Counted from the first letter of the stretch, positions 12,490 through 25,827 are shown. The stretch: 57,531 bases of DNA from Chara braunii (GCA_003427395.1 BFEA01000027.1:4468760-4526290); one strand, 5' to 3'. Numbers and translations: made by a program. Notes: a model not told the origin generated them from the sequence alone.

Positions 12490-13919
12490 CTCGTCGTCGT
12501 GGAGTCCCTCTGCCGAGCGAGCTCTGTCGAGCTAATGGAATTTGCAATCCAAGAGCGTTTTGCCGGCCCAGAGATCCGACTCTTCCCACCGAATTTTGTC
12601 GACCAAATGACGAAAGCCTTGCCAGCATATTCTGTTTCTCCATGAACTGTTGCTTGCGCACCGCACTTGGGTTTTCATTCACCCAGTACTCTGACAGCTC
12701 CATCCTAAACCTGCAGACCTCACCTTTCCTCATCGTGGAAACACACGTGTCCAAAGGAGGAATGACAGCACCGCTTCCCAACTCGAACTCGAAGTTGGTG
12801 TTCTCTTCTAGCAGCTCTTTATCTGTACTGCTCATGTACACCACTCTTTCCCAGCCATCTTCTCGTTCTCGCTCCAAAGGCAAGTCGCATACAAGCTCAT
12901 GCATCGTGTAATCAACGCAAACCATCGAGCCCGCGGATGGGGGAATATCTCCCTCTCCCTCTACAAGCACCTCCTTTTCCGGTAACCTCACCTCTTTCTC
13001 AGCTGCAGGAGAAGGCATTGCTTTTGAGGCATCCACCTCCCTCTCCCGCGACTGATTAACAGCATTCATGTCAAGCGATAACGACCTCCTGCTGCTGCCG
13101 TTCCGAGAGACGAAAGGAGGCAGCGATAGCACAGGAGCAGTACTCGGGCCAGCAGTCATCGCTGTCATGGACGGACAATCCTCCTCCTCCTCCGGCTCAT
13201 AGTAACCCTCTCCCCAGGGGTCACTCCCTCCGTACGGAGGGAAGTCGTCATCCACTATCGGATTCAAAGCTCGGAGGTCGAGAACCCTTTGAATCCTGTG
13301 CAGGGCACCGAGAGCAGCACTGTGGCTTGCAGCACTTTGACTCTTGTATGCACGAGGGGACCGGCACTCGAAGCCTCCTAGCTCCGTAGGAAGCTTGACA
13401 TGGCATATGTATTGACCTTTCTGTGTCCTCGCCGGGGACAACCCTTTGTCTAGTTGCTCCTCCGGTTTCCCACGATTTTCTGCTCCGGGGCTACGAACAT
13501 CGATTCCCAGCCTCATTGTGCGTCCCTGCTCGATGTTCGTCACCGTAGACTCTTCCAAGGCCTTCCTTCGTTCGTCCTCCTTTTGCACCTGCTTCGTGAA
13601 TTTCTTCTCTTGCTTTCCATCATCTGTGCAAGGCAGCTCCGTGGGCTCTGTACGAGGTGCCCCCTCCTCGTCGTCGGCCTCTCCACCCTCCTTCCAGGGA
13701 ACGGCCTGCCCATCTTCATCAATCACATAGAACTTGTAGGCTGGACAGGGCTGCCCTTTTGTCAAGCTTGCCCGCTGTTGGCAGTACTCCAGCAACATCT
13801 GCTTTGGAAGCTTTCCTCTCCATGACAGCGGCGATGTGAAGGATTGCGGCAATTCACAGGCCACGACAGCCCCTCGGCTGAGCTTGTACATGCCTCTTGG
13901 GTTTCTGCTCATCATCACC
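12490..13919 (-). CDS. HEN1: HEN1 exon (dsRBD2 plus FKBP/PPIase-like domain)
   Basis: NPRGMYKLSRGAVVACELPQSFTSPLSWRGKLPKQMLLEYCQQ, YICHVKL...ECRSPRAYKSQSAASHSAALGAL (dsRBD2), GSMVCVDY...LLEENTNFEFELGSGAVIPPLDTCVSTMRKGEVCRF (FKBP-like). Acceptor ctgcag|G at 13919. Donor G|gtgagg at 12490 gives phase 1, matching the next exon. Confidence 0.93.
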
Positions 13920-16145
13920 CTGCAGATGCTCACCACACATCAAAATAACAAAGTGGATACAGTCACGAAACAGGAAAGCATCCCACACATGCAGGAGAGA
14001 ATAGTGCAGGGGTGAAAAGTGACCGGGCTAGACATCACAGACGGTATGCTAGGCAGTTCCCATCCTAACTTCCGCACTTCCAGACAGCCACTCAGACCGT
14101 CAGAGTTCCTGGCTATGGATGTCTTGGTCCAGATGCTGTCCGGATGAAATAAAAATATATTATAGATACTAATTTAAAATTTAAAATTTAAATTATTTAA
14201 TATAATAATAATTGTGGACAGCCTCGACTTTCAAAATTCAAAAGCTCTGGAAAAATCTTGTACTATTCAACATTGCAACACTTGCCTTGCTGTTTTAGTA
14301 GTTTTCTTAACTTTTTTTATTTTTCGTTTTGGTTTCTGCAATTAGTCGAGTGTGGTCTCCACTCTATCAATTGGCGGCAAGTTTGGTTAAAATGACCCTT
14401 GGGTTTTGACTGTTTTGTTATGAATGGCACGACAAATTGTCAGAAAATTTAGGCCTCCATTAACCTTCTCTCCGGGCGAGAGGGCACCCCTTGTCTGGAT
14501 CAATCAGAAAGTCTGGATGGTATGGAGACTGTTCGGTGCTGGACTGTCTGGATTTCCCCGGGTCCACATTCACCTCTGGCAAAACCATGTGTTACTGGAT
14601 CCATCAGGATTCGCAATCATCATAGGTTCGTCACCAGCTATGTGCATGTACCATTCAGTCACATGGCTGCGTATCACAGAGAACATTTTTCAAGCGTTTT
14701 CCGTAATCAATCAATAATACTCAATATACCAAAAGCTTTCCATATTTCAAGATAATTGAACTCAACCCCAAAATGCCATAGGGAAAAGGGCTCGGGAAAG
14801 AGTAGGTGGGGGGCAGCAGGGGGGGTTGGGTGCATGCATACAGGACACATCGGGAAGGTGTAGTCCCATACAACTCTGCTCAGTGCTTCCCTCAAAGAAT
14901 CATACATACAAATCACCACCTGACACAGCCTCCGGTCATTTCATAACTTACTTGCAAGGACGCCACGTGAAGCGCAGTGCAGTGCATGCTACCTCCGGTT
15001 GCACCACACTGTGCCATACCAGGCCACACTGGAACGCACGACCGGAGCGGTACGGTCCACGCACAGCAAGGAGCAGCGCGGGAGCCTTTTTTTGTGTGTT
15101 CAGCTGTGCAGCCTAGTAAGAGAAGAGGAGAAGGTGGGGAGGAGAAAATCCACAGAGGAAAAGGTGACTTGCAGAGTGCGACAAGCTGAGGTGAGGAGGA
15201 GGACGAGGTGATGAAGTGTGGAGGAGGACGAGGTGGTAAGGTATGGAGGATGACGAGGAGGAGGGGAGACGACTGGAGAGGACCATTTGACTGGGGGTGG
15301 TGGGAGAGACGAAGTTATCAACAGGTGACGAGGGAGGACAGCACAGCAGGAAGAGAGATGACGAGGAGGCGGAAGTGATGAGGTGAAGAGGAGGTGACAA
15401 GATGAGAAGAAGTCCAAGAAGCGGAAGAAGGGGAAAAGTACCAGGCAAGAAGGAGCAGGAGGAGAAAGAAATCAGTTGGAGAGGACGAGAAGAGGCGAGG
15501 AGGCGGAGAAAACGTGACGAGGTGAGCAGCAAGTGAAAAGGCGAAGAGGAGGAGACGACGAGATGAGAAGTTAAAAAAGGAGGGGGAAGAGTACAGGGTG
15601 AGGAGGAGGAGGAGGAGGACGGAGTTGGAGGGGACAATGAGACGCGCTGAGGAGGAGGTCGAGGGGACAAGGTATGGAGGACAGTGAGATGACGAGGTGG
15701 AGAGGAGAAGAACATCACGAGGTAAGGAGGTGAAGTGAAGGAGGAGGAATGGCCAACGCGAGGAAGAGGAAGTAACGAGGTGAAGAGGAGGTGACGAGAT
15801 GAGAAGTCCAAGAAGAGGAAGAAGGGAATGTGTACGGGACAAGAGTAGAAAGGAGGGGATGACAAGGAGATGAAGACGGTCAGTTGGAGTTGATGGGAGG
15901 AGAGGATTAGGATTTCAGGGGCTGGTGGAAACAGAGGTGGTCAGGAATGGACACAGTCCGCAGGTGGGTGCTCCATGGCTGCTTGCGACTACAGAAGTGA
16001 GGACGAGGAACAACACAGCACGAAGGAGGCTCCAGGGAGGTCGCAGAAGAGGGGCAGGAGCATGGCCGCACACCAGAAAGACAAGCCCAGGCCCACCGCC
16101 TTTTCTTTGGAAATTTGAATTGTCACCAGGCAGAGGCCCCCTCAC

Positions 16146-16179
<34 letters not shown>

Positions 16180-16516
16180 ATTGTTTAGCAACCAAGCACG
16201 CAGCCATGGGCAACTCCAGGGGCCACGTCCCCATTTAACGAGATCTTTCATTTCTGGCCATAGATGGTGTCTGAGTCAGTGGCCAAAATCGAAGGATCCA
16301 GGATAGCAGGACCTCATCGCTGGATTTCAACAAGCTCACAAGGACACTCTGGCCTTGCATCTTGCTGCTCGATGTTTTCGTGAGTCTATGCCGCGCACTG
16401 TCCGTAATTCTTTTTATCTTGTCCAGCTTGCCTCTTTCTGGTGGGTTCCTTAGTTATGATCTTAAACCACAGCTACCTTTCAGAGGCAACGGCTAGGTCG
16501 TGAATATAACCTATAC

Positions 16517-17023
16517 CAGGGTTGTTTTGGCGCCTACCGCCTACGCCTACCAGTCGGGCCGACCCGTAGGGGCACCCGTCGGCGGTCGGCACACTGCCTA
16601 AATTCTTCTATTTTTTTTTCTGATTACATGGTCGTGTGCGGCTTGAGGAGAGCAGCCCAAATCCGCAATAATTTNNNNNNNNNNNNNNNNNNNNNNNNNN
16701 NNNNNNNNNNNNNNNNNNNNNNNNNNNNNNNNNNNNNNNNNNNNNNNNNNNNNNNNNNNNNNNNNNNNNNNNNNNNNNNNNNNNNNNNNNNNNNNNNNNN
16801 NNNNNNNNNNNNNNNNNNNNNNNNNNNNNNNNNNNNNNNNNNNNNNNNNNNNNNNNNNNNNNNNNNNNNNNNNNGGTGTATGGGGGTGTTGGGGGGGAAT
16901 ATGGAGCTGTGGATGGGATTATTTGGAATTCTGGTCGGCGTGGGGTGCCTACTGGTCGGCGCCGACGGCGCCTACCGTCGGCTGGTCGGCAGCCGACGGG
17001 TGACCGTCAGCGTGACTACTCTG
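16517..17023. mobile_element. hAT MITE (GCCGAC/GTCGGC-rich family)
   Basis: TIR CAGGGTTGT / ACTACTCTG; perfect 8-bp TSD ACCTATAC. Confidence 0.85.
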
Positions 17024-17710
17024 ACCTATACCACATTCTTTGGCGGCCAAGCACCACTGCACCAAAATGGCTGGCAGTGCCAGCCAAGAACTGAAGGAAC
17101 AAGGTCGCGTTGTCACTTCGGGGACGCTTGGCGCGCAGTGTTCTACCCCACCTCGATAAAAATAGGCTTGGAGGTAGTCGTGGTTTAAAAAAGAAAAGAA
17201 AAACCAATGTTGAAAACAATGCAGCAGAACACGTAACCCTGAAAGCGACAACTACGCCGGGACCACATGCGAACGAGTTCAGCTACAAGAGATGTCGAGA
17301 ACATGTCGGGAACTGATGGTTCAAGAACAAAAAGCAACAACCTAGCACTTAAACCACCACTCCATCCGGACCTATTTTGACAAACCCAAAGATGCGTTTT
17401 CCCGAGCCTGAAATCTACAGTCCCGCCGTGAGGAAAAGTAATTGTCGTACCCTTCCCCACCAAACCTCTGCCATGCTTAAACACGGTAGATTTTGGCTCA
17501 GTACTTGTAGACAGGAAAAATGAACAGTGCAGGAGCCGTCGAAGTGGTGGTATAACTGAAATCCAGTGACACAGTAGAGAATAGCATATAAAGTTATTAA
17601 CCAACCCCTGGGCATGCCCACTTGACTGAAATCCAATAACAGCAGATCGCATGCAAACCCACCCCCAGCCAGGTACCAGTGGTGGTTCCCACAGGTGGTG
17701 TAACAGTTTA

Positions 17711-18439
17711 TGTTTATGTGCTTCTGTCATTGTGGAACCAAACAACAGCCTGAGCACTGGTCACCACATGACATCTACAATGCAGACTCTAGCAGAAATA
17801 TGTGAAAGCTCAGCGCTGACCAATGTTGAGTTTTCATAAGTTGAATGATTTTGTGTATTTTAACTTCATTTTGGAAAGAGTTTTTGAGTATAGATTGGTA
17901 TACTGTTTTTGAAAGAAGACTCTATACAAATTATTATTTTTAAAATGCATGGCCCTGTTTGTCTATCATAAAGCGAATTTTAGCGTCATCAGTGGACAAA
18001 TGTGATTGCCAGGAGCCGTCTACAAAAGGCTGACTCATTGCACTGCCAGCCTTCACACCCGTTCCTTCTTGCTTACTCTCTCGCATGTGTTACTTATTAG
18101 ATTCTAATGTCATGTGACGCACTGGGCTTGGACTGAGACAGGGAGGGCTTATTAGATTCTAATGTCTAATGTAAAAGTTGATGTTTTATGTGCTTTTGTC
18201 ATTGTGGACCCAAACAACAGCCTGAGCACTGGTCCCCCCATGACATCCACAATGCAGACTTCAGCAGAAATATGTGACAGCCAGTGGACAAATGTGATTG
18301 CCAGGAGCCGTCTACAAAAGGCTGACTCATTGCACTGCCAGCCTTCACACCCATTCCTTCTTGCTTACTCTCTCACATGTGTTACTTGTTAGATTCTAAT
18401 GTCATGTGGCGCACTGGGCTTGGACTGAGACAGGGAGGG
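17711..18439 (+). repeat. Local tandem duplication; the first copy has ~180 bp extra
   Basis: 17711-17805 matches 18186-18277, and 17990-18148 matches 18282-18439. Confidence 0.85.
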
Positions 18440-18538
18440 GAAGGAAGAGAGGGGGGGGAGGGGAGTGGAGGCCGGGAGTCACAAAGGGCCAACACAAAAC
18501 CCAGAAGGCCCTGGGCATGATGAGTATCACCAGTTGCT

Positions 18539-19437
18539 GCTCGGCCTAATAGAGGGAAATGGCTAGCGGTACTAGGTTGATAGCCAAAAAAGAAAACACG
18601 CCGGTTTGTTTCTTTTTGGAATGCACGTGAGAATCGGCTTGTCAGAAGAAAGCCTCCACGCACCGGTAGTTCAACGGTCCGCTGAGTAGCGTGTGAAATC
18701 CTCCATCTTGCGCCCTTGCTGCAGTAAATCTACTAGGATCTCAACACCCCAAGCACCCCAAGCACCCTCTACAGTTTAGCTGCATGGAGAGATCAGCCAA
18801 TTCGTCCCTTGCATGGGGAGATCAGCCAATTCGCACCTTACAGCACCCGGCTGCAGTTTGGAATCACTGCACTACCTTGGGCTTAGAGAGGAATCCAAAA
18901 CACAAATGGTGTCCTTGGACATCTGCGAGGGGAATGATGAACAGCCAGAGATAATAAAAGATGTCAGGCTTGCAGGTCTTGAAATAGCCCCCAGAGGAGG
19001 AAACCAGACGTATGGGCACACACCTTTGCCTTTGTTCTGGTGTGCAACACTCGACATGAGTTCAGAAAATGACAACAATGTGCATAAAATGCATGGAGGG
19101 ACTTCAAGGCAAGGGCCTTGCTCCACTACTCCCCACATGCACAAAAGACAAGATGATGGCAATATATCTTTCCATGTTCTAGCGGTGGATTCAGTCTCAT
19201 TTTGCACATTTGGAGAGTAGTGCAGCGAGGCCCTCAAGATCAACGACTTCACACACTACTCAGCGGACAGTTAAGCTACCGGTGCATGGAGGCTTTCTTC
19301 TGCCAAGCGGATTCTCGCCTGCGCTCCACAAAGAAGCAAACTGACGCGTTTTCTTTTTTGGCTAGCAGGCTAGAACCGTTTTCTTTTTTTGGCTAGCAGC
19401 CTCGCGCCGCCAGCCATTTCCGTCTGGTGGGCCTAGC
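18539..19437. repeat. Long inverted repeat (arms ~18539-18697 and 19248-19437)
   Basis: For example, AGAAGAAAGCCTCCACGCACCGGTAG..GTCCGCTGAGTAG versus CTACTCAGCGGAC..CTACCGGTGCATGGAGGCTTTCTTCT. Confidence 0.85.
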
Positions 19438-20529
19438 CCCGAAAGGTATGGTTCGTGCACTGCTTGCTGGTGGCAGCACATTTCAATTGATGGACGGATC
19501 TAGATCCAAAGGCAAGCGCCACGACTGACCCGAAACCTGTGTGCTCCCAACTTGCTCAAACCGACGGGAAAATGCTCTTGCGAGCGCGAGGCTCGCCAGC
19601 AGAGTGGGCCACAGCCACATCACAGAAAAATGGCTGGGAAAAGTACTGGTAGTTCAAGGAAACATGCTGCTCACAAAATCCTAACACGGAATCCAAATGG
19701 CTTTACTACCCTTGAAAAGAGAACGCAACATCGGACATAAACACAACATCGAACAGTAGTTCCTCTAACGCCACAGATAGCAAACTCTTGAAGTCGTTGT
19801 CAGCCCTTTCAAGTTTGGAAACAAGAACACCTTTCTCGGCCTTTTGGCTACGATCAAGTGTACTATCTGTTCTGATCAGTTTGAAAAAAAAAAAAGAAAG
19901 AAGTTTGGAAACAAGACAAAAGGTGCAGAGGGCGGGCGATAACATTGGGTGAGTATTTCGCACCAGGAACAGACTGGAGGTACGCATGATCCAGATGGGG
20001 CAACAGCGGACAAAAAAAAATATTTAAGGACCAGCTGATGCGGTAGCCGAGAAGAATTCAGGAGGAACAAACATGTACACCTTCTGGCACTGAGCGATCA
20101 ATCTGCAATAGATCGTTGTGCCTCTTGCTCCAGGAGGTCCAGGCTTCAAGCCCTGCCCCGTACTGATCAGTCACCTTTTCCCTGTTGATGAAGAGAACAT
20201 GCATCCATGCCACTGGGATAAACATTCACGGTCTCACAAAAAGACCTTTCGAAACTAATCCACAGAGTACCTTAAACCTTTCCCTCTGCATACCCACCAA
20301 TGTCAAAAGAGCAGGCAACCGTTGCCTTATGACGATGCCCAATAACCATGAGTCCCTGGCTGTACAGCTGGGTAAATTGAATTCATGCTAAACTGCATAC
20401 TACCCATGAATGACTGCATGCATACATTGCATAGTATGCATACCACCAGCAGGATCTGGCCTTTAGCAGAGATACCTCCTTTCTCAGAAAAATCTCCTCT
20501 TTTCAAGTCTTTTGCCGATAACTCCACTA

Positions 20530-20634
20530 CCGTCTTCACCCGAATAGAGCCCCCGGTCATTATAGCTGTATTTGCCACAACTTTCAGCCCAGATACGGTG
20601 ATAATTACCGGGCGTTCTATTCAGGTGAAGACGG
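20530..20634. mobile_element. Tc1/mariner-type MITE
   Basis: TA|CCGTCTTCACCCGAATAGA...TCTATTCAGGTGAAGACGG|TA. Confidence 0.8.
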
Positions 20635-21280
20635 TATGGCACGGCAACGAAGCCGCGTCAGGACTGTAGGTGATGAAAAACACCTGGCACTCATGTGTGC
20701 TTGTTCTACTTGTCTTCTGGCCACTTCAGTTATTTTTAAGTTAACTTGAAATAATTGACTAATAATTGAATAAAGTAATCATATGTCGTTACTAAATTGT
20801 TAAGATGTTAGTATGTTGCCAGTGGGGCGCTCACATCCAACCACCATGGTGCCAGGACTCTCCAGGAGAGAGCACAGTCAGGACCTTCCCAGAGGCTCCA
20901 TCACCACTGACAGGACTCAGAACAGAACCTCATAAATGACATAAATAGAATAAGTGGGGCCCTCAACTGTACAAACCAACGTCACTTATAACAATCACAT
21001 GGTCGATCAGGGGCGTACAGGCCATTAGAACCCCACCTCACCCTGGCCCAGGACTCAGTAGCTTCTACCCTCTTCCACCGAACACAACGCACCCTCATCA
21101 CAACTGTGTCGGACTCTAACGATATTAGCTTGTACACGTAGATGATCGGGGAATCAGTACAGAGACGTAATGATTCTTCAGCTCAGAAAAATGTAGCCCA
21201 TCAATCAGCCCCCCCAGATAATTTTTTCTCTTTTTGTCAAGTTTTTTGTCTCTTCAGAGTCTTCACAAATTTTCTTATTT

Positions 21281-21566
21281 TTCTTAACGAGTAGTTTATG
21301 ACTCTTTTATTTTTGGGTGGTTGGTTGTCCATCGTGGATATGGCTATTCTTCATCGGATTGTGGGCGCAATTTGGTTCAGTACAAAGGCCGAAGGCTTTC
21401 TGTTTTTTATATATTTGGGTTCATGCAGCATTTCCACGATATCGTTATGATCAATTAATGAGACATGGCTGGAAAGTCTTCTTGCCTTTATCACTACGAT
21501 TCATTAGTATATATATGGGTAGTTTTTGTATCTGGTGTTCTAGTAGCCTTCGACCGGTTACCTTAA
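21281..21566 (+). pseudogene. nad1: NUMT: 3' part of mitochondrial nad1
   Basis: LLFLGGWL...AIWFS.K...[31 protein letters not shown]...[16 protein letters not shown] with frameshifts; AT-rich. Confidence 0.9.
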
Positions 21567-21931
21567 CCACTTTCAGTATCTCTTAGGTGCCCACTACGTG
21601 GTGGGTGCCATTCTCTTTTCTTTCTCTTCACAAATTTTCTTCTTTTTCTTTCTCTTCATAATTTTTCTTCTTTTTCTTTCCCTTCACAATTTTTTTTCTT
21701 CTTTTTCTTTGTCTTTTTCTTTTCCCTCTTCCGCTGGTTTACTCTTCACCCCATTGTAAGAGTCGAGCATCTTGGGATGAGCTCCAGTACTGGCTTAGGG
21801 CGCCTAAGTTTAGGCATATTTACTGAACAGTGGTGTAGCTCAAATTTCATCTCAAAAAAAGGAATGAAAACCACACCTGGATTACCATAACAGTGGCCGG
21901 GCCACTGATAGCCCAGACTGGCATGGTCCAA

Positions 21932-22316
21932 GGAAAACTTTTAGATATGCCCCTGAAAGTTCGATTTATTTCCAGTGTGCCCCTAAGGCGGCCAAATTTC
22001 CCTGTCGTGTCCCTGGGGCCTCTGAATTTTCCGGCAGGGCCCTGTCAGTGAGGGGCGCAACTTTCCAGCATGCCCCTGTGGCCGCTGGTGGCACTCGTGC
22101 CGGATCCCCTAGCCCTGGCAAGGGAGCTACTGGGGCATACTGGAAATTTGGAACCGGTACTGGTAGGGGCATATTGAACATATTTTTGGTCCAAACAACG
22201 CCAGGGGTTTTTGGGAAACTTCAAACGTTGTCAGAGGGGCGCGACAGGGTAAGTCGGCCGTCAGAGGGGCATGCCACAAATAAATGGAACTTTCAGGGGC
22301 ATATCAAAAGTTTCCC
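21932..22316. mobile_element. MITE with long (~60 bp) TIRs, Mutator-like
   Basis: GGAAAACTTTTAGATATGCCCCTGAAAGTTCGATTTATTT versus the reverse complement of the right end GGGAAACTTTTGATATGCCCCTGAAAGTTCCATTTATTT. No clear TSD. Confidence 0.7.
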
Positions 22317-22860
22317 CAAAAATCAAACAGTGACTGGGGCAAAAAAAAATATCGTGTAGAATTGCAATTCGAAGTTCGAACAGCTTTTGGTTGAGGGTCA
22401 CCTCAGAATTCCTCATTAACTCCTGGAGGACCTAGGAGCCTAGCCTAATTAACAATTCTCAGCTAGAACTGAAAGACAGACCGAGCAATAGCAGAGCAGG
22501 AGGGAAAAGGAAAGGAAAGTGACTTGTAATTACTGTGAGAAACTGACTTAGCGCTAGACAACAGCAAACACGCTAAGATGAAACGAGCAAGACAAAAACC
22601 GCTATATGTAGTTACCAGGTATGAAACCTCTGGCATGGCTCCGATTTACTATAGTTAAGGAGTCGCACCTGCTGGAAATTGGCTCAAGCATCCCAGTCTT
22701 AATGTGCTCAAACGTCTTAGCGCCTTGCTTGATTTTGAGTAAACAACAGTGCCTTGCTCAACTTCGATGCCTGACAACACCGAGATTTGAAATTCTGAAA
22801 GTCCATATTCTGTTTTTCAACTTCGCAAATGCGTGCGGAAAGGGGGGGTGGGGGCGGGGG

Positions 22861-22898
22861 CTGTCTCTTATACACATCTAGATGTGTATAAGAGACAG
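22861..22898. other. Nextera mate-pair junction adapter (assembly artefact)
   Basis: CTGTCTCTTATACACATCT+AGATGTGTATAAGAGACAG, two back-to-back Tn5 mosaic ends. Confidence 0.98.
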
Positions 22899-22987
22899 CT
22901 ATAACCATGGCCAATACTGCCAAGTATATAATGTCACATACCTACCAGCTAAGCGAATGAATACCTTTTTTTTTTTTCTCCCTTTCC

Positions 22988-23040
22988 AATTTGGACCATT
23001 TCTCTATTTGTGTCATTCTTGCACAGAGTATCGTTCCAAT
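22988..23040 (-). pseudogene. U6: Internally deleted, 5'-truncated U6 snRNA retrocopy
   Basis: ATTGGAACGATAC / tCTGTGCAAGAATGACACAAATAGAGAAATGGTCCAAATT followed by an A-run. It lacks AGAGAAGATTAGCATGGCC. Confidence 0.75.
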
Positions 23041-23112
23041 CGATGGCATCTGCCAAAGGAGCCACGCCTAGTATTCTTTTCAGCCCATGATGCTGTTGTA
23101 TCTGACTATATG

Positions 23113-25467
23113 AACCAGTTGGGGTAGCCATTACCCACCGGCTTTGCAGTCGTTCAAGTGGATAATCATTCATTGCTTTGTACCTTCTGTACCATGACTG
23201 GCTTGATTACTTGGTGTTCATCACTTTGTATGTTAAGTCACATCCAACCTATCAGATAACCTACTGAAGGCATGTGCGAACCCGCTTGGAAACGATTGCT
23301 GAGTGTGACTGAACACGAATGTTAGAATAAAGTTACTGACCATGTATTCTTCAATTTTCGACTGAAGCATCCATGGCGTAATCGAAGACTACCATTGAAG
23401 ATTGTGACGTCTGACGAGTGTGCAAAAGTTCATCAGATGCGGAGTTACCAACGGTGGACTGACTTACTGCTGACAAGAAACGGAGGCGCTACATACGGCG
23501 GTTTTGACATTGTTGCACGATGACTGTCTTGTTTCCTCTACAACGACAGTCTTTTGCGCCAGAGTACGAAGACCTGGTGGACTACTATGTAATCACATCA
23601 AGTTGCAACCCAGCTTGTGCTGAAGCGCGCACGCTGCTCTTAAACCACCAGTACATGGCCCCAGGCAACTGGAGAACCTGTTTTAAGCCTCTCCGAAAAT
23701 TTAGGAGGCCGAGCGACATAGATAAAATGAATCGGCGACGGGCAGCCTCCGAAAGGGGCCAACAGCCGATAGCTGGCATGTACTGGTGCTTTAATCCCGA
23801 CTATGTCGAGAGGCAACTATCGTGAACCTGCCCGGGATCATGACCGTGGCCGAAGTAGATTGTCGAGGGTGGTCGAGACAACACAGACTGGCAACGTGAT
23901 TCGAGTCGAGATAGGAGCTACGCTCTTCGTGATCCTCCAAGACGCTTCGTTCCTGTCTGCTATGAGTGCGCAGAGCCAGGACACTATAAGAACCAGTGTC
24001 CCAGGCTAGTCGGCGGAAGTAGTTCACGATACTACCCGCAGCGCGGAAGATCGCTGTCTCCAGGCAATCGCACAAGGCAATCAGAACCTCAATCTGCATC
24101 ACTGGATCCGAGTTTTAAAAGGAAGATTGATGATCTTTCCGCATCCTTGGCAGCTATGCAAGGACAAGTGGAAGCAGAGAAAGCACGACGCAGCGAGAAG
24201 GAGAAATGTAAACAGGAGGAGCAGGAACGCAAGAACCGAGCTGAAGAGGAGAGATTGGCGGAGGAACGTAAACTAAAGGAGAAGGAGCTGGAGTTACAGG
24301 AGGGCAGAACAACGTGAAATGATGTAAAAGGATAAGCATCCGCAAGTTCCGATGTTCGTCGGAGGAGTCGGAGAGGAATTCAATCATAAGCTGGGCGAAG
24401 TCCTGAAGGTGTTTAAGAAGGGGAAGGCTAGAATGGTTACACCTCCGGATTCAGGATCATTCGATAAAGCAGCATCGTACGAAAGTGAGATTGATGTTGA
24501 TACTTCGGGCGAAAGGACAGACACGTTGTCCATCCATGATAAGTGAAAGAGGAGCGCTGAAAGGACTATTGGGAATAGTCCTCCGATGGAGACGCCTGCC
24601 AAACGGGCCACGCGGAGAGCTCCAGGCAATCCGGTGTGTTTCACGAATCGTCTGCAGCTGAACTGTCGACCTATCCAGATGAAGCGTTCTCCCTCTAAGC
24701 GGACACCTGGCAAAACGACGACCAAGAAGAAGATACCTGCAGCTTTGGGGAGCATCGACAAACTTCGGTATGTTACGGATAACCTGCATGAACTGGTGAT
24801 GCTCACAGTCGATGAACTCAAGAGTGTGCAAAGACGAGGGTGTGGCATGGGAAGGTAAGAAAATGGAGACAGTGTTGGCTATCGCGAAAGAGACTCAGGG
24901 CAGAGGCTAAAGATGACGAACAGCATGAAATGAAGTGTCAAATGAAAGCTGAGCGTGTTGGGAGATAGAGGAGCTTTGGGCGCTATGCTGGTGTATCATT
25001 GATTTGCAAACGCAAGCCGAGAAGGATGACAACTTGGAGACTTTGTTTCGACTAATGGTCATATTGTTGGCAGGTGTATCATTGNNNNNNNNNNNNNNNN
25101 NNNNNNNNNNNNNNNNNNNNNNNNNNNNNNNNNNNNNNNNNNNNNNNNNNNNNNNNNNNNNNNNNNNNNNNNNNNNNNNNNNNNNNNNNNNNNNNNNNNN
25201 NNNNNNNNNNNNNNNNNNNNNNNNNNNNNNNNNNNNNNNNNNNNNNNNNNNNNNNNNNNNNNNNNNNNNNNNNNNNNNNNNNNNNNNNNNNNNNNNNNNN
25301 NNNNNNNNNNNNNNNNNNNNNNNNNNNNNNNNNNNNNNNNNNNNNNNNNNNNNNNNNNNNNNNNNNNNNNNNNNNNNNNNNNNNNNNNNNNNNNNNNNNN
25401 NNNNNNNNNNNNNNNNNNNNNNNNNNNNNNNNNNNNNNNNNNNNNNNNNNNNNNNNNNNNNNNNNNN

Positions 25468-25541
<74 letters not shown>

Positions 25542-25770
25542 TGTGTGCATGCATGTGTGTTGTTTTAAAAGACCCCAGATTCTCTCTCTCATTCCCTTCA
25601 CAAATCATCACAAGCCATCCATAACGAAAAAGTATAGATAGGCAATATAATAGAGAATGCAAGGTTGGCCACGTTTGTGTGGTTCAGCGCCAAGTGCCCA
25701 CACACCCGTCTGCCGCCAAAGCGGCACACTTGCACATATACACGTGTGTGCATGTGTGTCTGTGTGTGTA

Positions 25771-25814
<44 letters not shown>

Positions 25815-25827
25815 CATGTGTGCCTGC

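Noticed and set aside
22861-22898. Tn5/IS50 transposon ends
   Set aside because: The exact back-to-back synthetic mosaic ends are the Nextera junction adapter; no transposase is present.
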